Below, piece by piece: positions 63,909-64,000 of a stretch of 64,000 nt of DNA (positions within the stretch are counted from its first letter, which is position 1; every line of letters begins with the position of its first letter). The DNA is from a virus. Its lineage: Duplodnaviria; Caudoviricetes. The translations under genes were made by a program, and so were the position numbers. The stretch covers positions 32,001 through 96,000 of IMG/VR virus record IMGVR_UViG_3300033070_001371, one strand, 5' to 3'. The notes beneath the pieces are model-generated. The model did not search any database. It was given only the letters and a program-made list of their open reading frames with translations, and was not told the origin of the DNA.

Positions 63909-64000
63909 ACCGCAAGTTTCAGCCGTGGCTGCGCGAGGTGTTAAGGTAGCCAGAGCTGAGGCCGCCCCAGGCCGCCTCCATGTTGCGCTGCGTCTTCACG

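Overview
The window is a high-GC (roughly two-thirds G+C by eye) segment of a large tailed-phage genome with a contractile tail; no cellular housekeeping genes, rRNA, tRNA or CRISPR array were seen. In order it holds: terminase large subunit; a leftward replication block (DEDDh exonuclease, family A DNA polymerase with an N-terminal UDG-like domain, primase-helicase, two Cas4/AddB-like nucleases, SSB-like protein, ParB, SNF2 helicase) plus a sigma70-family factor; probable portal; a phage multisubunit RNA polymerase split as [beta + beta' N-half] and [beta' C-half]; a long run of probable head-internal proteins; prohead protease; major capsid protein; neck, sheath, tube and spike genes; an amidase endolysin; thymidine kinase; pyrophosphatase; and an ATP-grasp enzyme. 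Three window-wide patterns are not explained by the gene list. (1) A quasi-palindromic DNA motif, AC-SSS-GTAAA (S=C/G), occurs at least 31 times (about 0.6 expected), on both strands and in different reading frames; with near-matches it recurs at least every ~2.9 kb. (2) A K-x-A protein motif is dense in about 20 head-region proteins, alongside shared 'L-x-R-Y-G-L'-like and 'I/L-x-x-A-F'-like motifs, suggesting a proteolytic head-cargo system that may include the RNAP and a pyrophosphatase. (3) TAnnnT -10-only promoters, many leaderless (box 6 nt before the start codon), precede most transcription units. All calls come from motif recognition by eye; no database searches were run.
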